A stretch of 61,953 nt of DNA, the filler included, from Bipalium vagum (Eukaryota): assembly GCA_037834085.1 (NCBI GenBank). It is 3 parts of 3 records of this genome, joined end to end, with 100 filler letters (N's around TTAATTAATTAA, not from the genome) between each part and the next. Parts side by side here need not be neighbours in the genome. Positions count along the whole stretch, not along the records: positions 18,171 to 43,927 come from JBBMKC010178746.1; positions 44,028 to 61,953 come from JBBMKC010046233.1; 1 more part is not named here. One strand, written 5' to 3'. Each line of letters opens with the position of its first letter. Position 1 is the first letter of the stretch. The translations under genes and the position numbers were made by a program. This document shows, one piece after another, positions 33,101-47,700 of this stretch. Below the pieces are notes generated by a model that was given only the letters and a program-made list of their open reading frames with translations, did no database searches and was not told the origin of the DNA.

Positions 33101-36100
33101 ATCGTGGGTTTTGTCAATTGATTTGTGCCAACGGTTGTGTTCATGAATTCAACTTCAGATTTCAAGAACAGCAACAAGTCAATGGTAAAGCTGCGAGGAT
33201 TCTGAGTTGGAAAAGCGTAATGATAAAGGAAAAAAATAATATTTATGAAAAATAATCTACATTAAGATTAATAAACAATAATAAAAATAATATAGAAATC
33301 GTATACCTCTAGAGAAAATGTTTTCTGTTCGTTGTACAGTCGAATGAATATTTCTCCGATAATCAGTTCCTTCTGGTAGAGAGAGAATTTGAAATTCGCT
33401 CCAAAATGACTGTCGCATTCACTCTGGAAAAATTAAGAGATAAGGGAGAAATATTTTAAATATCAATTGATTTTCCACTCACCGTTTTTATCAGACTTTC
33501 TTGTTGGTTTTCCAAATATTTGTTGAGTTCAGATCGAGTACGATTGTCCCAGAACAAATATGGTGTTTCAGAATTTGAATTGAGCAGCTTCAAAATGACT
33601 TTCAAACTGGACGGATCACCTTTAAACTCGGTGATCTTTCTTTGAATATATGGTGTCAACATAGAACTCAAGCAAGCCCGCACCGTTTGATTTTCTGGAG
33701 ATACTATTTGGTTGAGCTGGGATTCTTCATTGACAGATCCAGCCAGTCTCGAGACTGCCAATAGCGACATGACTGATAATCGATTTAACACTTCCTTCAA
33801 ATTGAAAAAAAATCGATTATTTAAATATTTTATAATAATTAATTGGGATTAGAGCACGGTTCTTACAGTCACACAGAGAGATGGGGAACATAAAGAAAAG
33901 GATTAACACATTAAAAATTGACAATCATAATTACATATTTAAAAATGATAATAGTAGAATAATAATTTCAAAGGCAGTTATGAAGATAATATACTGTCTT
34001 GTAAATTGGTATTCTTATCTGATATTTCTACTACTAATAATAATTTTTAAAAATAATGACAAAAAATTAAAAATAATATTAATAAGAAAAAAATAATTTT
34101 TACATATTAATGTCCAGAAAAATAATTTATTTATAAATACTCAATAAAATTAAAAATAATAATGAAGTTTTGGTAAAACTCATAATTTTGGTTACAAGTC
34201 CAATTGATATATTTTAAGATTTTTATTAAATTGGTGACCTTTATACGAGAGCGGGATAAAAAGTTCTCGACCTAGTAATGAAAGAACAACCTTTTTGAGA
34301 AAATTTTTAATTATTCTTCAAAACAGTCTCCTTGCAATGCAATAAATTTATTCCAACGATATAAAAGTCTTTCAATCCCATTAGAATAGTACAATTTATA
34401 CGCTTGGTAACGTATCGACGTAGGAAAGGAAATCAACATTGATCATATTCTTTGTTTGGATGCATGGATTAACAATTTTTGTCAAAGAAATCCCATATCG
34501 GCCAAGAAGATAATAAATTATCCGAAGAAAAGAGAGAAACTGTTATTGAAAATTTAGAAAATATCCAATATTCATCATTGGGGATTGAACGTGAAATGGT
34601 TATAAACATGGGTGAGACTGCAGTGTATATTGATATATACTTTTCCAAAACTATTTCTTTCAAAGGAAAAAAGAATACAGAGATCAATGGTATGGAATAC
34701 TCGGAAACCCGATTCACTGTTGTTTTGGCAATAAATGCCTCAAGAAATTTATTAAGAACAATGGTTATTTTCAAAGAGCTAAAAAAAGCTGCTAATGTTG
34801 TTCCAAAAACATTATATTAACCATTTCAAAAAAGGGATCTATGACTTTATGTTTAATGAAAAATTGATTGACACTTGTTTGATATCTGATCCATTTTTTG
34901 CTAGTAAGAATACTTTATTAATAATGAATCAGTATTGCTCTGATAAAAAGCAAGAAGTCTTTTCGCCTCTCAAATCTTTAAAAACCTCTGGTAATTTCAT
35001 CCCACCAAAGACAACATATTATTTTCAACCGTTGGAAGTCATAATTAATGCTATTTTTATTCCAAATTAAAGAGAGTTTGAAACTTGGATGTCGAGTGGA
35101 CCAAAAGAATTTACTAAAAATGGATACTGTAGAAAATCTGATTGGGCGACTGTTCTGAGATTTGTTTCATCAGCAATTAATGTGATAAAGCGAGAGAGCA
35201 TCTTAAAATCCTTGAAATGTTGTGGTATTAGTGACATTTTAAAAATTGCTAATCAAAATAACGTATCACTAGATAAATCTAATGATAAAGAATCGGACGA
35301 ATCTTTGCAGACTGGCATGGAGGATGATGTGTTATTTGAAAATTAATGTTTCTATACAAATTAAATGTGTTAATAATAAAACATTAATCGTTGTACATGT
35401 TATTTATTTTGTAACTTTGAACTGAACACTAATTTTAGTTTAAGTTCATGCACTTATTTAAAAATTTCTAGGGGTTGTGGAAACTACATATTTTAATTAC
35501 AAACCCATTGGCTTACTTTCGCGAAACTCCGGTAATCATAAAATCAATAATAATAATATTTTAAACTATTAAAACAATACGTTAATTAATTATTTTAATA
35601 AATGTAATAAAATAATAAAAAATAATAAATAAGAATTAATCTTGTGATACGAATTGATTAAATATTTTACTCTAAAAGAAAGTAAAACTCAAAAAATTCT
35701 AATAAATAACGTTTTGTTCTCATGGATTATTTAGTTATTAATTTAATAAACTGCACTATAATATTCATTTTCATATATTTTGATTATTGATTTTTAAAAT
35801 ATCCCGACCTGTTTATGATTTTCTTCAGAACGAGCCACTCCACCTTCCTCTAAAGTGTAATCGAAAAGGAACAAATACGGCAAAAGATGGTACAGAGCTC
35901 CATTCTCAAACATGCTTGTTTGCAACCAAAGGTCGCAACACAGTTCGGCGATACAGCGGCAGACTAAACTGCACAATTGAGGCAAATTCTTAATGTAAAT
36001 TGTAAAGAGAACTTTAATTTTCATCATTATTATTTTTATTAATAAAATATTATTGATTATCATTATTGTAATTTATTAAAAATATTAATATTACTTTATT

Positions 36101-39100
36101 ATGTTTATCTTTTACAAAATTATTATTATATTGGAAATTATTCGACGAAATTGAAAATATGCCAAAAGAAAAAGGAGATACCCATCAATCATCATAAATG
36201 ATTTTCGGGGTGACATTTAAACGAATCGGAAAAATGAGATTATAAAAGTGAAATATTTAATTCTTTTTAACCAATAAGAAAAGACATTCAAAGATGAAAA
36301 ATGAGAAATCTCAGCCAAAACAGCGACTCCGTTCTTGAACAGACAATGGTATTATATTTGATATTTTAGAACAAACTTAGCGTATTTATCAATATCGATT
36401 TTTATAATTTATTTGAGACACAGTCTAATTTTTTTAGATTAATTAATTCTTTAAAATAATCAATGTTCAATAAACAAGCTTAGATAACAAATATTTATTT
36501 ATTAACAAATATTATAGAAAAAATCGATAAATAAAAAGTAAATTAGAAAACTAAAAAATCGACGATGATTGAATCGATCGAATAAATATAATTATAACAA
36601 AAAATCGATATATTATATCAAAAGAAGTGATAATGTAATAAATCGATTTACAGTGAAACTTGTCAAATTGAAAGATTGTTTTTAATAAAGATGAATGGTG
36701 TTTCCAACGAAATTTTAAAGATTTTCTTACAAATTATTTCTAAATATTTTTCACTGTATATTGATTTAACATAAATATATAAATATATAAATATATAAAT
36801 ATGATAATAATTATAAATCAATAAAAAAAGAATTAAGTAAATTATAAATATTATAATATATTATATACAAAGCAATCCACAGTGAAACTTATTCTTATTT
36901 TGAACGAGATAGAATGAAAATTATAATCGATCGATCCACGAAACTATAATTTGGAAACACAAATTTCGGTTTTATTGTCTCGTTCATATGCAATTTAAAC
37001 TGAATTGTTTATATAGATATTGATTATTTATTATTATTAATAAATGATACAATTTGATCAGGAGCCAAGTGAAAGTCAATATATAATAATAGTAAAATCG
37101 CTTTATAATATAACACGAAAAAAATTAATATTAAGCTACAGAAAAATAATAGAAAACTAATAATTAAAATAAAATTGAAAAAAGCGATAATAATAAACAA
37201 TACATTAATGATTAAAAATAAAATTTAAATGACGCAAAAATAATAAAAACAAACCTATGATCAAAAATATGACAATTTGAAAATAACTAATGAGAATATT
37301 AATAAGTAAAAATTATAAAAAATATAGATAATATTAAATTACAAAATAAAAAAATAAAAGAAAAATCAATATATCTTTAAATTAATAAAAATCAATAAAT
37401 AAATAATAATAATTAAAAACACAAATAAATTAACATATCTCTAAATAATAAAATAGTTATTACTGGATACATCAATAAATATATATGTAATAATAAAAAA
37501 GAAATATTGTTATTAAAATATCATTTAATGTAATAAATCGATTTAAATTAATATATGCAGGGGAAATATAAAAACGAATTACCTTGAAAAAGAGAAGTCG
37601 AACCAAATCGCGACCGATCTGAGGTATCTCTTGGATGCGCTGACGACAGGCCTCGAACTGGGAGGCAACGGAAAAGAAAACGGAAATGTAACCGCACACT
37701 CGAACAGGAAAGTCGGACGCGGTGCTGTTGCGAGTAATGATTGTCACACAACGACTGAAGGCGGCCTGCAAAGCCTGGATACCGTCTTGTCTACGCAACT
37801 CTTCGGCATTGAGGGCGCTGGTATTGACTGTGTGATAAGCAAGTTCTGCACAAGCCGCCAAGAGCGGGGTTTCTCGCTGGAAAAGCTGTTCGTCTTCGGT
37901 CTCGTTGAGAATGGTCTGGATCAACATTGGATAACCGGAATATTTGTGCATTTCAATTTCTGTTCAAAAAAACCAAAATCCATTACAATTTCCATGATGA
38001 TTTAAGTACAAGACGAACCTTTTTTACATCGTTGGAATAAAATACTCTGTGATTTTAGCAAGAGGAAAATGTTCTTCGGATCGGGCCCAGAGCACAATTT
38101 TGCGCGATTGCACAGAAATTGATAAGCACTATTGATTTTCTCAAATTGATCTCTGCCTTCCGGATTGCGGTCTGGGTGGTATTTCATTGACAATTGAAAA
38201 TAAGCTTTTCGAATGATGCTTTCTTCTCTGGTCCGAGATGCGTTATCATTGGAAAGATTTTCTTTGAACGTCAAATTGAGAATCTCGTACGCCTCTTTAA
38301 CGGACATTGATGGTGGTTTTTTTTCAATTTCGTTTTTCCAAGCTTGAAGAATGTCTCGCAACAAAGCCACCTAAAAGTCACATTTGAGAATTATGTTCGC
38401 ATTCCCATTGATTAGAACGGTCTTATTATCGAATCATAAAGAGAATTTTGTAAAAAATATACTTTTTGAAATCTTACTTTAAATATTACTAATAAAAAAA
38501 GATAAAGAAAAAAATTAATAAAGATTTAAAATAAATGGATAAAATAATTAAAAAATCAACTACAAATTAAAAGAACGTGATTTAAAAATTTGAAAAAGAA
38601 AAAAGTGAAGAACCTTAAATTAAAGATAACAATGATAACAAAGTAAAAAGAGATTTAACAATGGGATAAAAAAGTTTAGACTATTTTAAAAAAACCATTA
38701 AAATTCAAAATTCAAAAAAAGTATAAATTAAAAAAAAACACCAATTAAATAAATTATTTAAAAATCATTTATTTAATTTATATTTTTAAAATGAAAATAG
38801 TTTGTATTATTTGTAATATATAAGATATAATTAAAGTTTCACTTTTATAATAAACCAAAATTGGGTTTCAGGAAAAAGGTTGTTTTTAAACTGAAAAATA
38901 GGAAGTATGATAAAATGAGCGAATGATGAAAAGAAATGTGACAATGACGCTTTTAATTCTATATAAATGACCACTGTTTCTCAGTTTTATAATTTTCCCG
39001 AGATTTTTGATTATTTTAATACTTAATTCAATAAATAATATATTAAAATGTAACATACATATAGTTCAGTTTTGTGAAAATTAATTGAGTTATTGACTGA

Positions 39101-42100
39101 AAACTATTATCAATAATATTATTAAGCACTTATTATTATTTGTTTTTTATGACTATTATTTTTATTGTCCTTTTCGGTTTTTTTATTATAATTATTTTAA
39201 TTAATAAAAAGCTTAACTTCATTCATTAAGTTATTTTTGCTATATTTTTATTGCCTTCAGATAATGTTAAATGTTGGGAATATGAAATTATTTTCTCTGA
39301 TATATTACAGATTTTCAAATTCAATTATTACTTTTCATAAATATCATAATAAGAAATTCAAGTATTATTATTTGTTTATTCAAAAATGACAATATTCAAT
39401 ATATCAATAAATTTGGTAAAAGTAGGAAAATAGTATAAAAATAATAATTAAAATTTAAGAAATAATGAATTATTGATTAATATTTTATTATTATCAGTTT
39501 TAAACAAAATAATGTATTTTTTAGATAATTTACCAATTCCCTTTAAGATATTCACTAATGTCAATACGTATCATAATAAAAGTACCTATATAATCCTTGA
39601 TTGGTTTATAAAATAATGATTAATTAATAATATCTTTTATCATTGGAAATTAAAGGATTATATTATCACAATTGATTAAATGTTTTTTAAAACAATCAAT
39701 ACTTTTTGTGGAAAAGAGAAAAATTACCGGAGATCTGATAGGCCAGTCAGGGAATTTGACGGTGTCACAAAGGTGACGCAGGTAATAGCTGCCACAAAAC
39801 AGCTCGTTCTCCAGTTGCGGATAGCTGATGACCGGGATGGCCAAGTACTGATAATTGACACGGTTATTCGTTGGCAACCGCGGTGTGAATTCCATAAGAT
39901 GGCAGGCTATTTTTTCAATCATAAACCGTCTGAAATGGCGATTATTTTCGTTGTTTTAATAGAATTGCACAAATTAAAAAAGATTGATTGAAAAATCGAT
40001 ATTTTGAACCAGACCTCATTTCGCTGTTCCAAATCGTTTCCGGTGTGTCATAATCACCGAGGAAAATTTGTGCGAACTGATCAGAGGAGTGATTTTCCAG
40101 AAAACAGATCATGGACTCAGGAAGCATGTTACCCAGAATTGATCGCGACAAAATGTTCGAATCCATGTTGGCCTGTTACAAACACAAAACAACAATTTCA
40201 TCAACCATACCACGGCGAAATATATTCACAAAAATAAACTTGTAATCATTGAGTTTTTCCAGATATTTTTTTTTATTGTTTAATTTAGCAACTGACTAGT
40301 AATAATGGTAATCATAATAATAATCTTTATAATAAATAATAAATATAAAAATCAATAAAACTGATTTTAATTGAATTGGATTTTTAATCAAACATATTTA
40401 AATTTTGATAAAAAATAAAATTTAATATAGAAAATTTAATTACAGAAATAAATCTAATATACTAAAATAAATAAAAATAATCTTTCATCAATCAATAAAA
40501 TACAAATAATATATTTTAAAGGTTTGGTTATGATATTAACAAAGAAAGGTTTTTAAATTAATTTTTTTCTCACACAAATCTGAATTTTCAAATCAATTTA
40601 ATAAACAAACCAAAATTTTTTGTTTTTAAATTTATTGATGATTTAACTAAAACAAAATTAATTATTGATTTACTCTAAATTCAATAATTCTAATTAGAAC
40701 AAATAAAAAATAATATTTATTACATAGAATAAAGTGATAAATATCGCTTAAATCCAAATGACTTAAAACCCTGGGAGAAATTATAATTCAGAGACAAAAT
40801 TTGTCAACTAACAAAAATGAGATAAAAATGTTTAAAATAAAAGACGGGGCGGTTAGTTTTGAAGGGTGATTGATTTAATTTCATCGAAAAATGTATATTT
40901 TTTTGTGGATTAGGTGAAAATTTATAGTTAAAAAAGTCATTTCGTAGTTGACAAGTTAATTTCTCAACAACATGCCTTATATAAGGCGTGACGAGGAAAG
41001 AGTAATGAGGAAACCAATAACATAAAACTTATAAAAATGATATTCAAAAATTTAAATAAACATTATTTTATTGGATTTGAAGTTGACAAAGTCAATATAT
41101 TACTTGGTTCCACGATTCTAACATAAAATTTCGGGAAAAACAAAATAGCTTACCTAATGAAAAATAATATCAGACCTCCCCGATTTCGAACTAAGTCTTG
41201 CTAATACTAATTCAATTTAAAATATGATTCAAAGATTGCCTTTCTCCTCTTTGATCGACATAAAATAAGAATTAAGAGATTTTATGATCAATAATAAATT
41301 CAGCAATTCCGAAAGTGCCAATGAATTGTTTTATCCCCAATTCACTCACATATCACCGGATCTCAATATTAAAAAGCGTAACTTTAAAGTGATTCGATTG
41401 AAACTGTCCAGGGAAAATTTTATTTCTTTTTAATGTAAAAGGAAAATTCATTCAATTTCAATTTCATTATTAATTTTATTATTAAAAAATACTCAAATTA
41501 TTTAGTAATTAAAATCGATTTTAAAAAAATTATTTCATTTTCATGAATCTGATTGGACAAAAACAATTTTAAATTTATAGTTGATTTTTAGGTTATAATC
41601 GAATTAGAAATTTATTACAAATAATTCGTCATTATTTTGATACGATTTTCTAATTTGATCATGACAGAAAAAACCTTTTTTATCCACAAATTGAGATGAG
41701 ACTTTGAAATAATAATTTTCTTTTCCACTTTTACACATTGAATCAATTTTTAATCTAGACAGCTGTTGGTTATAATTTTTATTTCCTGTTTAATCTCAAA
41801 CATCGCAATTAAATAATAATAATTTTATGATCTTATTCATTTAATATATAAATTTAAATGAATAGTTTTCAATACAGAAACGACAAAAGACTTTATTGAT
41901 TTTACTGGGAAAACAGTTCAAATTATCAAGTTAATCTAAATAAATTTTCGGAGTAATGAAGGAATTCATAAACAAACTCAAATTATACGGTCGTCGAAAC
42001 AGGCCTATGACTTTTGACTGGTTTGAAAATGTTTGTGTTTATACATTTTGTTACACTTTTGATTTATCGAAATGAATATTAAATAATGATATTAATAATA

Positions 42101-42327
42101 AAAATAACATAAGTAAACGCACCAACCTCGTCGTTTCGAAAAGCCTGGAACATGTGAGTGATCTTGAGGAATTCGGCAATATTCAACAGGTTGCTGCCGA
42201 TATACATGAGTATAAAATAAAAAACACCGGTAATGTAAAGTCGAGATCGATAAGGGTTTTCGTCGAATACCATATTTAAAAGAACAGCTACTTTTTCCAC
42301 AAGAAACGGATCAAAAGTCAAGAGCAA
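27157..42327 (-). CDS. DNAJC13: DnaJ homolog subfamily C member 13 (RME-8), C-terminal ~1177 aa in 18 exons; 5' half beyond the contig end
   Basis: Exons 42327-42127, 40172-40015, 39929-39728, 38370-38019, 37959-37583, 35988-35809, 33794-33483, 33423-33307, 33201-32899, 32789-32690, 32622-32548, 32341-32141, 32078-31997, 30811-30616, 29903-29685, 29629-29489, 29391-29245, 27327-27157 all have GT-AG ends and splice in frame (3534 nt including TGA). J-domain [23 protein letters not shown] repeats ([24 protein letters not shown]), [24 protein letters not shown]-terminal [13 protein letters not shown]. Confidence 0.97.
27598..28700 (+). mobile_element. Mariner (DD34D) transposon, pseudogenised, in the last intron of DNAJC13 (antisense)
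   Basis: 5' TIR-like AGGTTGGTACATTAGTTCCCGCGTTTTT. Transposase with [40 protein letters not shown] (2nd Asp mutated to Asn), YSPDLVPTD with 34-residue spacing. Stops and frameshifts; 3' TIR not found. Confidence 0.93.
34246..34400 (-). mobile_element. 3' terminus of a mariner element
   Basis: Minus strand [26 protein letters not shown] (mariner C-terminus), then a TIR-like end CGAGAGCGGGATAAAAGTT preceded by TA. Confidence 0.75.
34430..35532 (+). mobile_element. pogo-family (DDE_1) transposon, 5'-truncated and decayed, intronic in DNAJC13
   Basis: [12 protein letters not shown] (NMDETP), [11 protein letters not shown]...[26 protein letters not shown] (IP.G.T..LQPLDV) over three frameshifted ORFs; ends GGCTTACTTTCGCGAAACTCCGG-TA. 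Confidence 0.85.
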
Positions 42328-43927
42328 CTGTAATGAAGGAAAAAGTGAATTATTCCTCAATTCAGACATAAATTATGTTTATTAAATAAATAAATTTTTT
42401 AATTGTTAATTTAAAAATCGATATTTTATTAAAGAAAATTTAATTATCAAACCAAATTAATTGATCATAATTTATTAATTAAAACAAAGACCTAATAACA
42501 TTTATTATATTTCTTAGACTAAAAATTCAAAATAATAATTTTTAAACCAATGAGAAATTTAAAATACTACATTAAAATATTAAATCAATTAAAAATCTGT
42601 ATTTTTCGATAAAAAATAATTTCTATATGGCCAGATTAATCAGAAAGGAATTAATATGAAGAGTAAATCTCTGGAAAATACGAATAATTCTCAATAAAAG
42701 ATTTTTCCAACGAACCCAAACAAGTGAGAAAGATTAATTAATCAATCCAACGGCTGGCCGAGTTCAAGGAAATGTTATCCAACGTCAGCCACCATTCTCC
42801 ACCCGACTTGTGATGAGAAAAATATCAATTCGATCGTGAGATTTAATTTAATTAGAAAACTTCGTCCCTGTGTCACTGAGAAAAAAGAACGAGTGCCAAC
42901 CAAATCGATAAAAAAATTTTTCCAAGTGAAAATTCAATATTTCTTTCGTAATCATTGAAAAATCTCAAAGCAATTCATCTTTACTTTTCAATAAATGTTC
43001 TAGTTTAAAATATTGATTTTTCAAAACGGAGAAATTTAAATGTTATTAAATCAAAAAGTAACCAAGAAAAAGTTATCGATGTCATTATTAAATGAACTTT
43101 GGTTTTTCAAACACCAAATTTATTTTGAATAAAAATACATGACACTGGTAGTATCATTTATTACAAAAATCAATGGATTTTTAAAAAGCAAAAGAGAAAA
43201 TACTTCAATTTGATTCACTTTTGAAAAAATATTTATTGATGTTTCAAAAAATATTTTGAAATGATAAAGAAAACTCCCCAGAAAAAATTTGATATACACG
43301 AATATTTATTAAACTAAATCAAGCGTTAATTATTTATAAAATCGATACTTCTTCCAATTTTAATAAAAAATATTTCAACACCTTAAATAATTCATATTTA
43401 TAAAGTCTATAATAATTTAAAATTTCTTAAAATACACTGGATCAATAATCTATTAATATTATTGTATATTGATTACTACATCATTATTTCTTCTGACAAT
43501 AATTATTGATTGCTACTTCATTTTTCTCTTATTGTTATTAATTTTCTTTTCTCTTTATTATTGCTTTCCATAAATATATATAATTTTTATATTGCTTTCC
43601 ATGATGGTAAACTGAAAAATTCCTTCTGATTTTAGCAAAACATTGCCCAATAAATGTATAATAGATATCAAATGGTTCTTAATAGGAAAGGAATACCAAT
43701 AAAATATTAGACGTACCAGACACATTAAATACTTCGTTTATGCCATAAACATAATCCTACGAATAATTCTTGTGGTCTTGATTTCCTGAGTTTTCCAAGT
43801 CCATAGATTTTTGAAATCATATTTTTGGATCTTTATGCTATTTGATACTTATACCAGGTTGAGTCAAAAGTCATTAGCGTTTTTATTCAATATATTCAAT
43901 TACAAGAATAACAAAAAAAATCACAAT

Positions 43928-44027
43928 NNNNNNNNNNNNNNNNNNNNNNNNNNNNNNNNNNNNNNNNNNNNTTAATTAATTAANNNNNNNNNNNNNNNNN
44001 NNNNNNNNNNNNNNNNNNNNNNNNNNN
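43928..44027. other. Artificial contig-joining linker (44N-TTAATTAATTAA-44N)
   Basis: Identical 100-nt structure to 18071-18170. Confidence 0.97.

Positions 44028-44096
<69 letters not shown>
44028..44096. repeat. (AAT)n microsatellite at contig start
   Basis: Direct observation. Confidence 0.95.
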
Positions 44097-44599
44097 CTAA
44101 TCATTGCTAACATCAATCGAAAAGGGACAGATATCAATTTAAATAGAGGACCATGTGAAAGAAAAGAAAGGTAATGGTGATTTGGTGTAATGAAGAAATT
44201 ATTTTACTATTCATAGGAGGCAGGCATTGTGTAAAGGAACCCCAAAGCTTTAAATGCTCAATTTGTCATTGCTGATTTAATTAAATTGATTAATAATCAG
44301 TTTTCGATTAATTAATTTACATTAATTAATTGTTATTCATCTTGTCATTGTTTAATTATAAATTGAATTTTTCGTGAGAACCGCCTTTGTTAATTGCTTT
44401 CTGTCTGTATTGGGCTGTCGGTTAAGTCAATGGGGGTTTATAGAGTAATGACAAAGAATAAAACGGGAATTTTTATTTTGAACAAATACAATTTATACGA
44501 TTAATCGATAATATAGTCACCATTGTTTTATCTGACTTCCTCCAAATTTTGCACAAGCTTGTCACTGTCTAGGCGATAGAACTCTGCAATAAGGGAATA

Positions 44600-44770
44600 A
44601 GGTCGACCAGAATGGATGTGGTCTTGAACACTAAACGCGAAAACCATTTTTGGGCTGTTCTGACCGATATAGCATAAACCCTATACAATATGCAAGTGTG
44701 ACGAGCATATTTGTTGACCTTGAAATCTGATTGTATAAAAGAAAGTTTCGTATCGAAAGTTTCATTCTCT
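44600..44770 (-). mobile_element. Mariner HTH remnant
   Basis: Minus strand IRNFLLY...AISVRTAQKWFSR...QDHIHSGRP across frameshifts. Confidence 0.7.
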
Positions 44771-47700
44771 TCAATCTGACTTCTGATTTTGACAGGTTGC
44801 CATGAAGGCTGTCATTCAATAGATCTGCGATTTCTTTCTATGTATAATCAGTATAAGACCGTATTCGCACCATTTGCACTTTGAACTCAAGTTGAGTGTT
44901 TGGCAAACAGTGCTCGGTGCGTAAGAATTGGGTCCTAAGGAAGCGTCAACCGAAGAAGAGGAATTACACAAGATTGAAATAGAATTTTTCTTTTCATATT
45001 TTTGGACATAAAACAGATTTTAGCGAATGGAATGAGTCGATGAAATGGTTTTCCAGTGTACTAAATGAAGATGAAACAGAAGTAAGAATAGGGAATGTCT
45101 AACAAGTAAAAACTGTAACTGGAAGCGGTTACTGTAAAAATATCAAGTGATTTTCTCCATAAGTACCACCTTTCGTCAACTATCTATAATAGTTTCTAGA
45201 TCTTCTTTAATTGATGGAAATAAAACGAACCTGAATTTCGTAAATACCGGCTTTGAGAATTAAAAATTGTGAAACGTTTCTCTGGGATCTGTTCTTTTCT
45301 ATTGACATTTTCAGTATCATTCAATAATGAAAGACCACATCGTTTCTTTGCTTTAATGCCATTGTCAACAATTTAATCACTACTTGGACTAAGATCGATT
45401 TCCCAATTATATCTCGTGACCTTCATTGGATATGATATTGACATCAAATATTATAAAGATATTAAAATTTCAAAATTAAAAACAAATCACAAAATATGAT
45501 AACTGAATCAATATTTATTTTAAATCATAATTTTTATAAAAAAAAATGAAATTTAATTATGTGCTTAGTGACAATTGATTATATTGACAAATTAAAACAG
45601 GGGTACGAGAACGGTAAAAATCCAAACTTTTAAATGTATGGTCTTTTCCTTTTACATTTTTCTTTATTTAATTTTTTTCATTTTTCATTTAAAATTAATT
45701 TTTATTTATGATAAAATATTAATGAGAAAGGTAAATATATTTAATTATATTTATTTAATTATATTTAATTATTTGATTAGAGAAACATTGTTTTAATATT
45801 GCGCAATTTAAGATGACTTTTGACAGAATAATATGGCAGGCATAAAGTGAGGAATTTTTTCAATTTAGTACATGTAGACGGAAGCAATTAATTACTATTA
45901 ATTAATTAATAGTAATGGCTGCAGATGCAGAGCCATTAGAAATAAAACGTTACTTATGAATTTTTTTCCCAAAAGGACAGGTAAAACAGATACTAAAAAA
46001 ATTTAATCTTATTACAAAATTTTAGCAATGTGAAGGACTTGTGGAGTAACCCGACCGGTTATTGCACTTCCTGTCATTGAAAGTGGTCGGTTTAAAGTGA
46101 CTCCTTTGGTACAAGGTATCCATACATTTATTGAGTAACTTATAGTTTAAGATAATAATAATGATTGCACTAAATTCTTTTCGTATTTTCATAATAATAA
46201 TCTATTTAATTTTTCAATAAGAATTTGTATATTGTAATGGTGCAGTTTTAATTTTGATCTCAGACAATAATATTCTATCAATACCGATTTTGATGCACTT
46301 TTTACCGTTTCACAGAATTTGTAAAAATGATGTTCATGATAATAGAAGTCGAATTAAGCTAATTAAAAATAGGATAGTTTCGCATTTATTATAAATGAGA
46401 AATTAGGGTGATATAAATGCCAAAAGTATGCTTTATTCTGTGCTCACTTAAACAGTGCTAAATGATTTTGATGAATTTTGATAATAGTTCAAAGTGAGGA
46501 GGGTCTGGTTAATATATTAATAAAAGTCTGGGTCTAATCAACGTTTATTGTCAATATAAATTTCGAACTGTACATTGAAATGATAAATTGAGATGCTCTA
46601 AAATATTTTAAAATTATAACAGATTTATGTAAACTGACAAAGATAAGATAATTTCAAATTAACCGCAGATGTTAAAAAATAATTGTATTATTTAATCTTT
46701 CTCGTGGTATGTCGTAATCTTGGGAAATGATTAACTTTGCTTAAAATATTTCCAGTTTTGTACGAGCTCTTTGGTTAGATCTCCTTACTTAATGAACTAT
46801 TCTTTATGAAAAAATAAATCCCATTATGATAATTGTGAGCATTACAAAGTTAAAAATAATTTAAATTAGTTAAAATACTTATTATCCCTAATTCGTCTAG
46901 TGCAACATTAGTGGTGGGGTTTTTGGATCAAGAATTGATCTCCGTTTATGAAGTCGTAAAATGAATATTTGAAGAACTTCTCAAAGCGTTTCAAATGAAA
47001 AACTCGATGATAGAAGATTTACAAGCAGCTTTCAATTAGATAAGGACAAATGAACCAGCGGAAAAAATGGTCAATAAGTTGTTCTCACATACGTGGGATA
47101 AGGATTTATTGTGAGAACATTTGTTGGTACATTGTACAAATGACCCGGAAGTTAAAAAAACTAACTCTGTATTTCGATAAATTAAATTAAATATTTTGAT
47201 TAATCCTACAAAAATTCTGACATGTAAAAATTTGGTGATTGTTCTTTCAAATGGTCTTTTCAAAGAGAAAATTATCTGTTAATGCATAAAGGAAATAGAA
47301 TGTTATGATCTGATGATCAGATCTGATTTCTCACTTCTTCAATAAACGAATTCCTAAAGAGACGGTTAATGGATTCTCAAGATAAGATATATGTGCCAGG
47401 TAACAGAATCAGCAGAGTCAATGAAAAAGAAGATATAAAACTTTGCTCATTCTGTTTAATCAATTTTAATTAGAGATTTTCAAAAGAACAGAAAACTCAA
47501 AACATTTACATTTTATGGTGTGACCTAAATATATTTTTGAAAAAAATTGATTGTTATTTTTGTCATCGAAAATAATAAAAATTAAATAAAGTTTAAGAAG
47601 TTTAGAAAACAAATGTTTGCTTGTAAATAAGAAACGCCTGGAGATTTGAACTAATACTTAATAAACAATGTATATAAATAAATAAACGCAATTTTAAACG

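Noticed and set aside
37631-40237. Plus-strand ORFs at 37631, 39680 and 40004
   Set aside because: Antisense to DNAJC13 exons.
42810-42880. C/D box snoRNA (GTGATGA ... CTGA)
   Set aside because: Antisense to the host gene DNAJC13, no terminal stem and no convincing rRNA guide.
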